The notes under the pieces are model-generated. The model was given only the letters and a program-made list of their open reading frames with translations, made no database searches and was not told where the DNA came from. DNA of 60,328 nucleotides from Ruminococcus sp. (lineage in GTDB: Bacteria; Bacillota; Clostridia; Oscillospirales; Ruminococcaceae), in assembly GCA_014799765.1 (NCBI GenBank), contig JAAVHK010000136.1, forward strand, positions 1 through 60,328. Direction: 5' to 3'. Shown here piece after piece: positions 8,655 to 18,707 of the stretch (positions within the stretch are counted from its first letter, which is position 1; every line of letters begins with the position of its first letter). The position numbers and the translations under genes are program-made.

Positions 8655-9773
8655 TTACTTTTCAAGCGTTCCGTGTGACAGCGATTTCAGATAGGCATTT
8701 ATAAAGCCGTCAATATCGCCGTCCATGACAGCCTGAATATTACCGTTTTCAAAGCCTGTGCGGTGGTCTTTTGCGAGTGTGTAAGGCATGAATACATAAG
8801 AACGTATCTGCGAACCCCATGCGATTTCACGCTGAACGCCTTTTATGTCCTCTATTTTTTCGAGGTGTTCACGTTCCTTTATCTCAACGAGTTTTGAACG
8901 TAACATTTTCATGGCGTAGTCTTTGTTCTGATACTGGCTTCTTTGTGTCTGACACGATACTACTATACCTGTCGGCTTATGAATGAGACGTACTGCGGAA
9001 CTGGTCTTGTTTACTTTCTGACCGCCTGCACCGCTTGACCGGTATACTTCCATTTCAATATCTTCGGGTCTGATGTCGACTTCTATAGAGTCGTCGATTT
9101 CCGGCATAACTTCGAGTGCCGCAAATGATGTATGTCTTCTTCCGGAAGCGTCAAACGGTGAAATACGTACAAGTCTGTGTACGCCGGATTCAGATTTCAT
9201 ATAACCATATGCGTTATCGCCTTCAATGAGTATGGAAGCCGATTTCATACCGGCGTCGTCGCCGTCGAGATAGTCCATAAGAGTTACTTTATAATTATGA
9301 CGTTCTGCCCAGTGATTGTACATTCTGTAAAGCATTTCAGCCCAGTCCTGAGCTTCTGTGCCACCTGCTCCGGCGTGGAACGTAAGTATGGCATTTGCAC
9401 TGTCGTATTCACCTGTGAGAAGTGTGGAAAGTTTTTCTTCTTCGAGTTTACGCTTGAATGTTTCGGAATCTGCTTTTATTTCCTCAATGGAACTATCGTC
9501 ATCTTCTTCGATTGACAATTCAATCAGAGTTATCAGGTCTTCGAGACTGTCGTTAAGTTTGTTGAATTTTTCTATTTTTCTTTCGAGAGCCTTTGTTTCA
9601 CGAAGTACTTTCTGTGAGTTTTCGAGGTCATCCCAGAAACCATCTTTGGCAGTTTCTTCATTGAGTTCCGCAATACGTTCCTTGGCTTTCTGAATATTCA
9701 GAACGTCAGCAAGTTCCGTCATTTCTTTTCTGTAACCGGTCATTTCAACCCTTAAATCATCAAGTATAATCAT
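8655..9773 (-). CDS. prfB: Peptide chain release factor 2 (no internal frameshift)
   Basis: GAGGTEAQDW, SPF stop-recognition tripeptide, GGQ; AAAGG RBS before ATG 9773. Confidence 0.96.
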   Translation of the reverse strand: MIILDDLRVEMTGYRKEMTELADVLNIQKAKERIAELNEETAKDGFWDDLENSQKVLRETKALERKIEKFNKLNDSLEDLITLIELSIEEDDDSSIEEIKADSETFKRKLEEEKLSTLLTGEYDSANAILTFHAGAGGTEAQDWAEMLYRMYNHWAERHNYKVTLMDYLDGDDAGMKSASILIEGDNAYGYMKSESGVHRLVRISPFDASGRRHTSFAALEVMPEIDDSIEVDIRPEDIEMEVYRSSGAGGQKVNKTSSAVRLIHKPTGIVVSCQTQRSQYQNKDYAMKMLRSKLVEIKEREHLEKIEDIKGVQREIAWGSQIRSYVFMPYTLAKDHRTGFENGNIQAVMDGDIDGFINAYLKSLSHGTLEK

Positions 9774-9795
9774 AAAAATATAACCTTTCTTTAAA

Positions 9796-12165
9796 TTATT
9801 TTCCGTAAATATGTGATGCAACATCAACTGTCTGTTTGGCGTCTTTTGCATAGAAATCGGCTTTAATCTGTTCGGCGTAAGAGGCAGTAAGTACCGCACC
9901 GCCTACTACAGTCTTGCATTCGGGATAATCCCTGTTCAGAAGTCTGATAGTTTCTTCCATAGCCGACAATGTTGTAGTCATAAGGGCGGAAAGTCCTACC
10001 AGTTTTACCTTATGTTTTATCGCCGTATCGACTATCAGTTGTGGTGGAACGTCTTTCCCTAAATCTATCACTTCAAAACCGTAACTGTCCAGCAGAACTT
10101 TTACAATATTTTTTCCTATATCGTGAATGTCACCTTTTACGGTTGCGAGAACTACTTTTCCTTTTGAAACACTTCCTATATTATTGGCGGAAAGCTTTTC
10201 TTTCAGTACCTCGAAACAAGCCTGTGCCGAACCGGCTGTCAGAATAAGTTGCGGAAGAAAAATTTTACCCTTTTCAAACTTATCACCGGCGGAATCGAGT
10301 GCCGGAATAAGATAATTATTTATAATTTCCATAGGGTCAACGGTTTTTATAAGTTCCGTGACGGCTTTCAGTGCCTCGTTTTTAAGACCGTTTTCCACTG
10401 CATAAACCAAATCCGGAGAATTTTTTTCCGGATTTACCGTAACTTTCGGAGCAGGTGTGTTATTTGCGTATACGCTTATGAAATCGGCTGAATTTCTGTC
10501 GATACCGGCGAGAAGTCTGTAAGCCCGTACAGCACCTATTATTGAATCCACATTAGGATTTATAATAGGCAAATCAAGACCGCTATGAAGTGCCATTGTA
10601 AGAAATGTACGTGTAATCAGTTCCCTGTTCGGAAGTCCGAAAGAAATATTAGATACGCCTAATACAGTCCGTAAACCTAACTCATTTTTGACACGGTTCA
10701 GAGCGTTAAGAGTTTCCATAACGCAGTCCTGTTCGGCGGAGGCGGTAAGCGTTAAACAGTCTATGAAAACGTCTTCTTTAGGTATTCCGTAAGATAACGC
10801 ACGGTCAAGAATTTTTTCGGCTATTGCAAAACGTCCGTCAGCGGTTTTCGGGATTCCCTTTTTGTCAAGAGTAAGTCCTACAACCGACGCACCATATTTT
10901 TTCACCAACGGCAGAATTTTTTCAAGTGATTCGTCTTCACCGTTTACGGAATTTACAATAGGTTTGCCGTTATAGATACGTAAACCGGCTTCGAGTACTT
11001 CCGGTATAGTTGAATCAAGCTGTAAGGGCGTATCGCATACACTCTGTATAGCCTTGACAGCGGTAATCATCATTTCCTTTTCGTTTATATCCGGTAATCC
11101 TACATTTACGTCAAGAATTTCCGCACCGGCGTGTACCTGCTCCACTGCCTGACTTAAAATGTAGTCTATATCATGATTTATAAGTGCTTCCTTGAAACGT
11201 TTCTTACCGGTAGGATTTATTCTCTCACCGATAACACGTGGCTGATTTATCGTCACGCAGTTTACCGCAGAACACGCTACACTTATACGCTTTACGGGTC
11301 TTTTTATATTCTCGACGTTTTCAAGACGTTCAATCATTTGCCGGATATGTTCCGGAGTAGTTCCGCAACAGCCACCGAAAATTTTAACACCTGCTCCGGC
11401 AAGTCTGACATTACTTTCTGCGAAACTTTCCGGACTTAAGTTAAAACGGTTCGTTACAGGGTCAGGAAGTCCGGCATTTGCCTTTGCGATTACCGGTAGC
11501 GACGTAAGCGAACATATTTTATCGAGTACAGGGAAAAGTTCGTCTGCACCGAGTGAACAGTTTACACCTATTGCATCAGCTCCGAGACCCTCTAAAACTG
11601 CTACCATACATTCCGGCGATACACCGGTAAATGTACGCATATTTTCCTCGAAAGTCATTGTAACAAGTACCGGCTTGTCGGAATTTTCCTTGACTGCCAG
11701 TAATGCGGATTTAACTTCATATAAATCGGTCATGGTTTCTATAACTATAACATCCGCTTCACTTCCGGCGATTACGATTTCCTTGTATACGTCGTAAGCC
11801 TCTTCAAATGAGAGAGTGCCGGAGGGTTCAAGCATCTGACCCAGTGAACCCATATCGAGTGCAACAAGTGATTTTCCGTCAACTGCCTGTCTGGCGTTAC
11901 GTATACCGGCTTTCACCACATCTTCGACGCTGTAGCAGGTATTTTCGAGTTTGAAACGGTTTGCCCCGAAAGTGTTCGCATAGACTATATCAGAACCGGC
12001 TTCCGCATACATACGATGTATTTTCATTATGGCTTCCGGATTTGTTATATTAAGTAATTCCGGAACGTGTTCGGTCTGTATACCGTGTGCCTGTAACATA
12101 GTTCCCATAGCACCGTCAAGAAAAACAAATTTCCTTTCAAGTAAAGAACTGAATTTATCAGACAT
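9796..12165 (-). CDS. metH: Cobalamin-dependent methionine synthase core (Hcy-, pterin- and B12-binding domains; no reactivation domain)
   Basis: DGAMGT, GGCCGTTPEHI, IGERINPTG, DIHDIGKN B12 motif; ends after the B12 domain. Confidence 0.88.
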   Translation of the reverse strand: MSDKFSSLLERKFVFLDGAMGTMLQAHGIQTEHVPELLNITNPEAIMKIHRMYAEAGSDIVYANTFGANRFKLENTCYSVEDVVKAGIRNARQAVDGKSLVALDMGSLGQMLEPSGTLSFEEAYDVYKEIVIAGSEADVIVIETMTDLYEVKSALLAVKENSDKPVLVTMTFEENMRTFTGVSPECMVAVLEGLGADAIGVNCSLGADELFPVLDKICSLTSLPVIAKANAGLPDPVTNRFNLSPESFAESNVRLAGAGVKIFGGCCGTTPEHIRQMIERLENVENIKRPVKRISVACSAVNCVTINQPRVIGERINPTGKKRFKEALINHDIDYILSQAVEQVHAGAEILDVNVGLPDINEKEMMITAVKAIQSVCDTPLQLDSTIPEVLEAGLRIYNGKPIVNSVNGEDESLEKILPLVKKYGASVVGLTLDKKGIPKTADGRFAIAEKILDRALSYGIPKEDVFIDCLTLTASAEQDCVMETLNALNRVKNELGLRTVLGVSNISFGLPNRELITRTFLTMALHSGLDLPIINPNVDSIIGAVRAYRLLAGIDRNSADFISVYANNTPAPKVTVNPEKNSPDLVYAVENGLKNEALKAVTELIKTVDPMEIINNYLIPALDSAGDKFEKGKIFLPQLILTAGSAQACFEVLKEKLSANNIGSVSKGKVVLATVKGDIHDIGKNIVKVLLDSYGFEVIDLGKDVPPQLIVDTAIKHKVKLVGLSALMTTTLSAMEETIRLLNRDYPECKTVVGGAVLTASYAEQIKADFYAKDAKQTVDVASHIYGK

Positions 12166-12182
12166 ATTTTAAATCACCCCTT

Positions 12183-13298
12183 TCACTCGTTGCGGAAAGT
12201 ACCGAGACAACGGAAATATTCCATATTTTCGGATAAGTCATTCATTAACGCCCTTACAGCAGGGTCATCAAGTTTTCCGCTGAAATCGAGATAAAACATA
12301 ACATCAAAACTGCCGTCACGTACAGGACGGTTTTCGATTCTTATAAGATTCATGCCGTTGACGTAGAATTTAGTCAGAAGACGATATAAACTACCCTCTG
12401 TATGCGGAATCTGTATCATTATTGAAATGGTATCAGAATTTTGTGCTACCTGTAAATCACGTGCAATGCATACGAACTGTGTACGGTTTACGGAACAGTC
12501 TGCAATATCTTTGGCGAGAATATCCAGTCCGAGACGTTCCGCACAGTCTACGGAACATATTGAAGCTATTTTTTCTTCGCTGTTGCTGACCATTTCAGCA
12601 GATGTTGCAGTATTGCTGTAAGGTGCAGTTTCAAGACCGTTTTCGGTAATAAAGGCGTTACATTGTGCTAATGCCTGTGGGTGAGAGTATACGCATTTTA
12701 TCTCGTTCATTGAAGTACCTTTTTTTACGGCAAGACAGTGATTTATTTCAACGCATACCTGTCTGACAATATATACACTGTATTTTGCCATAAGGTCATA
12801 TGCACTGTCAATCATACCGGCAGTGGAATTTTTCAGCGGTATAACGCCGTAATCCATTTCACCGGACTGTACAGCCCTGAAAACGTCTTCAAACGAATTA
12901 TAGAAAACCGGTTTTTTATCGCCGAAAATCATTTTTACAGCAGTTTCGGAATTTGCACCGGAAGTTCCCTGACAGCCTATTTTTTCAGCGTTACTGAAAT
13001 CCGGTTCAGTGAAAGTATATTCATTCGTATCGGGTAACAGTTTTCTGTTCTGTAACAGTTTACTTATATCCATGATGGTCGTGAACAATGCTGTTGTACC
13101 ACTTTCAAGTGCTGTATCGTTGGTGAGACTTTTTATACGGTCTATTACCTGTTGTTCCCTACTGCCCTGAAAAACGGGCATATTGTTCTTTTTTTTATAG
13201 TCGGCAACGCCTTTACAAAGTTCCATACGCTCCATGAAAAGCGATAATATTTTTTCGTCAGTGATGTCAATGTTTTTTCTTAATTCCTGTAAGTCCAT
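12183..13298 (-). CDS. pheA: Chorismate mutase/prephenate dehydratase
   Basis: N-terminal CM2 domain (LRKNID..D), SHPQALAQC, C-terminal ACT domain with IENRP. Confidence 0.92.
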   Translation of the reverse strand: MDLQELRKNIDITDEKILSLFMERMELCKGVADYKKKNNMPVFQGSREQQVIDRIKSLTNDTALESGTTALFTTIMDISKLLQNRKLLPDTNEYTFTEPDFSNAEKIGCQGTSGANSETAVKMIFGDKKPVFYNSFEDVFRAVQSGEMDYGVIPLKNSTAGMIDSAYDLMAKYSVYIVRQVCVEINHCLAVKKGTSMNEIKCVYSHPQALAQCNAFITENGLETAPYSNTATSAEMVSNSEEKIASICSVDCAERLGLDILAKDIADCSVNRTQFVCIARDLQVAQNSDTISIMIQIPHTEGSLYRLLTKFYVNGMNLIRIENRPVRDGSFDVMFYLDFSGKLDDPAVRALMNDLSENMEYFRCLGTFRNE

Positions 13299-13341
13299 AA
13301 TTTTTTACCTCCTGAAAATTCAGTATTATAGCATACAATTC

Positions 13342-13370
13342 ATTATAGCAGATTTTTTTGTAAAAATCAA
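13342..13370 (-). promoter_or_regulatory. SigA promoter of pheA
   Basis: Minus strand TTGATT-17 nt-TATAAT with TG extension. Confidence 0.6.
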
Positions 13371-13389
13371 TAAAAAAGATACAAATATA

Positions 13390-13419
13390 TTGCAAAAAAC
13401 CTTTTCCGTATGGTATAAT
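13390..13419 (+). promoter_or_regulatory. SigA promoter of ruvCAB
   Basis: TTGCAA-18 nt-TATAAT with TG extension. Confidence 0.6.
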
Positions 13420-13483
13420 AATAAGGTATCAGGGCAGACATATACAATCGTACAGACTTTTTAAACTTAAAGGGTATAATAAT

Positions 13484-13969
13484 GTGGAAAAGATAAGAAT
13501 ATTAGGAATTGACCCCGGTTATGCAATAGTCGGATTCGGCATACTCGATTATGACGGCATTAATTTCCGTCCAGTACAGTATGGTGCGATAACTACAGAT
13601 GCCGGAACTGATTTTACTGAACGTCTAAGGGCGATAAGTGAAGATATGGATTATATTTTTGAAAAATTCAAGCCGGATTGCATGGCAGTCGAAAAACTTT
13701 ATTTCACGACAAATCAGAAGACCGCTATCGACGTAGCACAGGCAAGAGGTGTTATAATTTTGTCAGCTTCAAAAAGATTCGTTCCGGTGGCGGAGTATAC
13801 ACCGTTACAGGTGAAAGTTTCGGTTACAGGTTACGGAAAAGCCGAAAAACGTCAGATGATGGAAATGACACGTAATATTCTCGGACTGGCTCGTGTTCCG
13901 AAGCCCGACGATACCGCCGACGCTCTGGCGGTTGCGATATGTCACGGACACACAATCCGGTGGGGATAA
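13484..13969 (+). CDS. ruvC: Holliday junction resolvase
   Basis: ILGIDPG, AVEKLYF, PKPDDTADALAVAICH. Confidence 0.96.
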   Translation: MEKIRILGIDPGYAIVGFGILDYDGINFRPVQYGAITTDAGTDFTERLRAISEDMDYIFEKFKPDCMAVEKLYFTTNQKTAIDVAQARGVIILSASKRFVPVAEYTPLQVKVSVTGYGKAEKRQMMEMTRNILGLARVPKPDDTADALAVAICHGHTIRWG

Positions 13970-13993
13970 TTTTTTATATAAAGGAAGTTTTTT

Positions 13994-14599
13994 ATGATAT
14001 ATAGTCTTAAAGGAATACTTACATTAAAAGATATGAATTTTATTGTAGTAGAATGTAATGGTGTGGGTTATGGTTGCCGGACTTCGTATAATACCGTCAC
14101 ACAGCTTGGTGCAATAGGCAGTGAAGTTAAAATCTATACGCATATGACCGTAAGGGACGACAATATAGAGCTTTTCGGGTTTGCGACACAACAGGAACTG
14201 AATTGTTTCCGGTTGCTTATATCGGTATCAGGTGTCGGCGGAAAAGCTGGTACTGCTATACTTTCCGATATAACACCGGAAAATTTTGCTTTTATTGTAG
14301 CTTCCGGCGACAGTAAGGCGTTCACAAGGATAAAAGGTATCGGCACTAAAACAGCACAGCGTATTGTACTGGAGTTAAAGGACAAAATTTCAGCGGAATC
14401 TTTTTCCGGAAAAAATATCTCCGTACCGGTCAGTGTTGCAGATGTTTCAGTGTCGGCGGTGTCGGAGGCTATGGAAGCCCTTATGGTACTGGGCTATTCA
14501 CAAGGCGAAATAGCACCGTTGTTAAGAAAATGCGATACTAATGCAAGTACACAGGAAATCATAAGAGAAGTACTTCGTCTTATGAACTCAAAGAAATGA
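13994..14599 (+). CDS. ruvA: Holliday junction branch migration protein
   Basis: GVGY, LISVSGVG, IKGIGTKTAQRIVLELKDK, ALMVLGY. Confidence 0.96.
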   Translation: MIYSLKGILTLKDMNFIVVECNGVGYGCRTSYNTVTQLGAIGSEVKIYTHMTVRDDNIELFGFATQQELNCFRLLISVSGVGGKAGTAILSDITPENFAFIVASGDSKAFTRIKGIGTKTAQRIVLELKDKISAESFSGKNISVPVSVADVSVSAVSEAMEALMVLGYSQGEIAPLLRKCDTNASTQEIIREVLRLMNSKK

Positions 14600-14636
14600 T
14601 AGTTAAAAATTTTTTACATAATATGGAGGTGCTGAA

Positions 14637-15665
14637 TTGATACAGACTGATGATATGGAATTTTCTCCGAGAATGATTTCTCCGGAAAATACTTCCGATG
14701 ATAACGATATTGAAATAACACTCCGTCCGCAGACACTTCACGAATATATCGGACAGGATAAAGTAAAGGAAAATCTTGCAATATATATAAAAGCCACAAA
14801 ACTCCGTGGAGAACCTCTTGACCACGTACTTTTATACGGTCCGCCAGGGCTGGGCAAGACTACACTTTCAGCGATAATAGCACATGAATTAGGTGTGAAT
14901 TTACGAGTTACTACAGGTCCGGCAATCGAAAAACCAGGTGACCTTGTATCACTGCTGACAAGTCTTTCGGATAACGACGTTCTTTTCATAGACGAGATAC
15001 ACAGACTTTCAAGAGCAGTGGAGGAAATATTATATCCTGCTCTCGAAGACAGGGTAATTGATATTATCATAGGTAAAGGACCGTCAGCACGTTCAATAAG
15101 AATGGATTTGAAACCGTTCACGCTTATCGGTGCGACTACACGTGCCGGACAGTTATCCGCACCGTTGAGAGACCGTTTCGGAGTTATACAGCGTCTGGAA
15201 TTGTACTCAAAGGAACAATTAACGGATATAGTCCGCCGTAGTGCCATGATACTTGATATACCATGTACCGCCGACGGAGCAGGGGAAATAGCAAGCCGGT
15301 CAAGAGGTACACCACGTATAGCAAACAGGCTTCTGAAACGTGTACGTGATTTTGCCGACGTTATGGGAAACGGTGAAATAAATAAGGATATAGCTTCAAT
15401 GGCTCTGACACGTCTTGAAATTGACGGACTGGGTTTAGACAGTCTTGACAGGCGTATGTTGGAAATGATTATAAAAGGTTATGGCGGTGGACCTGTAGGA
15501 CTTGAAACGCTTGCGTCGGCGATAGGTGAAGAAGCGGTCACTATTGAAGATGTCTGTGAACCGTATCTCATGCAGTTAGGATTTCTCGGGCGTACACCTC
15601 GTGGACGTTGTGCCACTAAACTTGCATACGAACATCTTGGATTCAGCTTTAAGAGTGAAGAATAA
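14637..15665 (+). CDS. ruvB: Holliday junction DNA helicase
   Basis: [28 protein letters not shown]. Confidence 0.97.
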   Translation: MIQTDDMEFSPRMISPENTSDDNDIEITLRPQTLHEYIGQDKVKENLAIYIKATKLRGEPLDHVLLYGPPGLGKTTLSAIIAHELGVNLRVTTGPAIEKPGDLVSLLTSLSDNDVLFIDEIHRLSRAVEEILYPALEDRVIDIIIGKGPSARSIRMDLKPFTLIGATTRAGQLSAPLRDRFGVIQRLELYSKEQLTDIVRRSAMILDIPCTADGAGEIASRSRGTPRIANRLLKRVRDFADVMGNGEINKDIASMALTRLEIDGLGLDSLDRRMLEMIIKGYGGGPVGLETLASAIGEEAVTIEDVCEPYLMQLGFLGRTPRGRCATKLAYEHLGFSFKSEE

Positions 15666-15668
15666 TTT

Positions 15669-16190
15669 ATGATTACGGAAAACAATTACAGACATAATTT
15701 AAATCTTTATAAAAAATCTTTTTACGGCAGAATGATAAACGGTCAGGGAGTGGACTATGTTTCCGGAATGCGTTACGGTATATGTAATATGAGTTTCAAT
15801 GGTTGCGAAGTAATAGCGGTACACAACGCACTTGTATATATGAAAAAGGCACGTCCGGTATATGAAGTATCACGTTATATGGAAAAGTTCAGAATGCTTG
15901 CCGGATTTTTCGGTTGTAATCCTTATAAAATCGGCGAGGCACTCCGACATTTCGGGATAAAGTATAAAAAATCACGTCAGATAGGAGAATCAGAAATTTT
16001 TATAGTTTCATTCTGGACAGGTCAGCGATTTCTTTCGACTATTCATACAGTTTTCTGTGTCCGGAATAACAACGGAATACTTGTATATAACATATATAAT
16101 AACTGTCCTGATGTGAGATTCTGCCGGAATAATCCGGAAATTGCAAAGTACAAAAAAATTATAGTGGTATATACTATAAAAGGAGTATAA
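15669..16190 (+). CDS. Hypothetical protein, possible C39-like cysteine peptidase fold
   Basis: NGCEVIAVHNAL ... IHTV ... VYN resembles a papain-like Cys/His arrangement; function inferred. Confidence 0.6.
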   Translation: MITENNYRHNLNLYKKSFYGRMINGQGVDYVSGMRYGICNMSFNGCEVIAVHNALVYMKKARPVYEVSRYMEKFRMLAGFFGCNPYKIGEALRHFGIKYKKSRQIGESEIFIVSFWTGQRFLSTIHTVFCVRNNNGILVYNIYNNCPDVRFCRNNPEIAKYKKIIVVYTIKGV

Positions 16191-16194
16191 CTAT

Positions 16195-17469
16195 ATGGGA
16201 AATTTTAACGGCGGATATATGAAAATTGATTCTTCAGACCATATTTCAGCCGAAAAAATCGGACGCACTGTAGCTTGTATATTTTCACCGAAAAACAATA
16301 AAAATCCGCTTGTCGTGGTGGGTCATGACGGCGGAGCTTCTGCCGGAAGTATATATGATTCAGTATGTCGGGGTGTAAGTTCTGCCGGAGTTGTTGCAGA
16401 GAAGTCAGGATTACTTATACCACCGGCTGTTTCATATCTCACGGCGAAACACAATGCCGATTCCGGAATAATGCTTACATCGTCAGCAGACGGAAATTTC
16501 TGTGAAATACGTCTTTATTCCGGAGGGGGTTATAAGCTCAGTCACGAAATATGCGAGGAAATAAAAAGAATAGTTTCCGGTTCACCGGAGGAACTTTCAA
16601 AGCGTATCAGAACCGGTAAGGGTGGCGTGATAGTATGCGAAAACGCCATTGAAGAGTATATCGGATTTATAAAGCAGTCTGTCCGGAATAGTTTTGACGG
16701 AATGAAAATAGCCGTAAGATGTCCTGACGGTAACGAAGATATAGCTATGAAAATTTTCCGTGAACTCGGTGCGGAAGTAAACATCATGCCGGAAGATAAT
16801 GTATGTTCAGGGTGTCAGTGTGGGTTTATTTTCGGAAATCACTGTGAATGCTGTACGGTCATTGACGAAAATAATATAACACTCGATAATGACAGGCTTT
16901 CAGCCGTATTTGCGAAATTTTTCAAGGAAAACAATTTACTTAAAAATAATACTTTTGTTGTCACTTACGGAGCAGGTTACGGATTCATGAAATTTGCGGA
17001 AGAAAATAATATATCCGTCGTGACTGCCGGTTTCGACGAAAAAAGCGTAATAACAAAAATGCTGGCGGACGGTTTCAACGTCGGTACGGATAATATGGGC
17101 AGAATTATTTTCCCTGACGAGATACTCACCGGTGACGGTTTTCTTACGGCTGTTAAACTTCTTTCGATAATGAGAAGTAAAAACATTAGGCTGGGCAGAC
17201 TGGCAGATATGAAACATTATTATCAGATGTCACTTGATGTGGATATTCCGCCGGAGTTTCGGGAAATATGGAAAAATGACTGTGTCATAACCGAACGCAT
17301 AGCGGATTATATACATTTGTTCGGGAACAGGGCAAAATTATTTGTACATGAAAATCCCGAAAAACCCTCTATAAGCATAACCGCTGAGGGTATGGATTAT
17401 AACGATATTAACGAGGCTGTCAACAGTATAGCCGGAAAAATAAGGGAAAGAATCCCGAAAGGAGCTTGA
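16195..17469 (+). CDS. Phosphoglucosamine-mutase-like protein with degenerate catalytic motifs
   Basis: VVGHD, PPAVSYLT, GIMLTSS, GGYKL and TGDGFLTA align with alpha-D-phosphohexomutases. Confidence 0.75.
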   Translation: MGNFNGGYMKIDSSDHISAEKIGRTVACIFSPKNNKNPLVVVGHDGGASAGSIYDSVCRGVSSAGVVAEKSGLLIPPAVSYLTAKHNADSGIMLTSSADGNFCEIRLYSGGGYKLSHEICEEIKRIVSGSPEELSKRIRTGKGGVIVCENAIEEYIGFIKQSVRNSFDGMKIAVRCPDGNEDIAMKIFRELGAEVNIMPEDNVCSGCQCGFIFGNHCECCTVIDENNITLDNDRLSAVFAKFFKENNLLKNNTFVVTYGAGYGFMKFAEENNISVVTAGFDEKSVITKMLADGFNVGTDNMGRIIFPDEILTGDGFLTAVKLLSIMRSKNIRLGRLADMKHYYQMSLDVDIPPEFREIWKNDCVITERIADYIHLFGNRAKLFVHENPEKPSISITAEGMDYNDINEAVNSIAGKIRERIPKGA

Positions 17470-17475
17470 TTATTT

Positions 17476-18339
17476 ATGAGAACTGCTGAAAACTGGAAAG
17501 ATTACAGAATTATTGATACTTCAGACGGCGAAAAACTCGAATCATGGGGAGGTATAAGCCTTGTACGTCCTGACCCGCAGATAATATGGAAAACTGAAAG
17601 AAAAAATCCGCTCTGGAATACTGCCGACGGTCATTATTACCGGTCAAATTCCGGTGGTGGTCAGTGGACTTTCAGACGGAAACTTCCGGACGTATGGAAT
17701 ATAAATTACGGAAATCTTAAATTCAATATAAAACCTACCGGCTTCAAACATACCGGACTGTTTCCGGAACAGGCTGTAAACTGGGATTTCATGTCGGAAA
17801 AAATAAAAAATGCCGGACGTGATATAAACGTACTTAATCTTTTTGCCTATACCGGTGGAGCTACTCTTGCGTGTGCAGACGCCGGAGCTTCTGTGTGTCA
17901 TGTAGATGCCTCTAAAGGTATGGTACAGTGGGCAAGGGAAAACGCCGGTATTTCCGGACTTTCCGGAAAGCCGATACGCTGGATTGTAGACGACTGCGAA
18001 AAATTCATAGCACGTGAAATACGTCGGGGCAGACGTTACGACGCTGTCATAATGGACCCTCCGAGTTATGGCAGAGGTCCTTCCGGTGAAATATGGAAAC
18101 TTGAAAATTCAATATATGACCTCGTGAAATTATGTTCCGGTGTACTTTCGGATAATCCGTTATTTTTCCTGATAAACAGCTATACAACAGGCTTATCGCC
18201 GTCGGTAATGGGTTACATAGCAGGAACTGTACTTTCTGAAAAATTCGGTGGTGAGGTATCTTTTGACGAGATAGGACTTCCGGTAGAATCAACCGGCATG
18301 ACGTTGCCATGCGGTTCTACGGCTATATGGCAGAGGTGA
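17476..18339 (+). CDS. Class I SAM-dependent (RlmI-like) methyltransferase
   Basis: GLFPEQ, VLNLFAYTGG, MDPPSYG. Confidence 0.9.
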   Translation: MRTAENWKDYRIIDTSDGEKLESWGGISLVRPDPQIIWKTERKNPLWNTADGHYYRSNSGGGQWTFRRKLPDVWNINYGNLKFNIKPTGFKHTGLFPEQAVNWDFMSEKIKNAGRDINVLNLFAYTGGATLACADAGASVCHVDASKGMVQWARENAGISGLSGKPIRWIVDDCEKFIAREIRRGRRYDAVIMDPPSYGRGPSGEIWKLENSIYDLVKLCSGVLSDNPLFFLINSYTTGLSPSVMGYIAGTVLSEKFGGEVSFDEIGLPVESTGMTLPCGSTAIWQR

Positions 18340-18345
18340 TTATAT

Positions 18346-18534
18346 ATGATAGAAAAACTTGTCGGGAATTTTGTTGAAATATATAACATACAGGAAAGAT
18401 TTTTAGGTAGCGGTACAGTTGTTGAAGTCGACGACAAATGGATTAAAATGGACTGTACCACCGAAGACGGCTATTCAGTCACAAGGATTATTAAAATAGA
18501 TGTAATCGGGCGTATATCATATTGTGATGATTAA
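18346..18534 (+). CDS. Small hypothetical protein (62 aa, beta-rich)
   Basis: GAGGTG RBS, ATG; GTVVEVDDKWIK...IIKIDVI. Confidence 0.65.
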   Translation: MIEKLVGNFVEIYNIQERFLGSGTVVEVDDKWIKMDCTTEDGYSVTRIIKIDVIGRISYCDD

Positions 18535-18688
18535 ATTTAAAAAAATCTTTTTTATAGTTATTGTAATTTTTTCACTGACCAGTTGTGGTACATATTTTCC
18601 GGAAGAACTGGAAAGAGCTACTTTATCACATTTTGACGGTATTCAGCTTACCGACGACGTGAAAAATTTTATAAATAAATATTACTGA
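18527..18688 (+). CDS. Small putative lipoprotein (53 aa; not in the ORF track)
   Basis: Hand translation MIKFKKIFFIVIVIFSLTSC-GTYFPEELERATLSHFDGIQLTDDVKNFINKYY; lipobox LTSC; start overlaps the upstream ORF end. Confidence 0.6.
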   Translation: MIKFKKIFFIVIVIFSLTSCGTYFPEELERATLSHFDGIQLTDDVKNFINKYY

Positions 18689-18707
18689 TATTTCGGAAAG
18701 GATATAA

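Noticed and set aside
13300-13483. LexA (GAAC-N4-GTTC) box upstream of ruvCAB, or of recA
   Set aside because: No convincing match seen in this intergenic region; recA has no intergenic leader because it abuts prmC.
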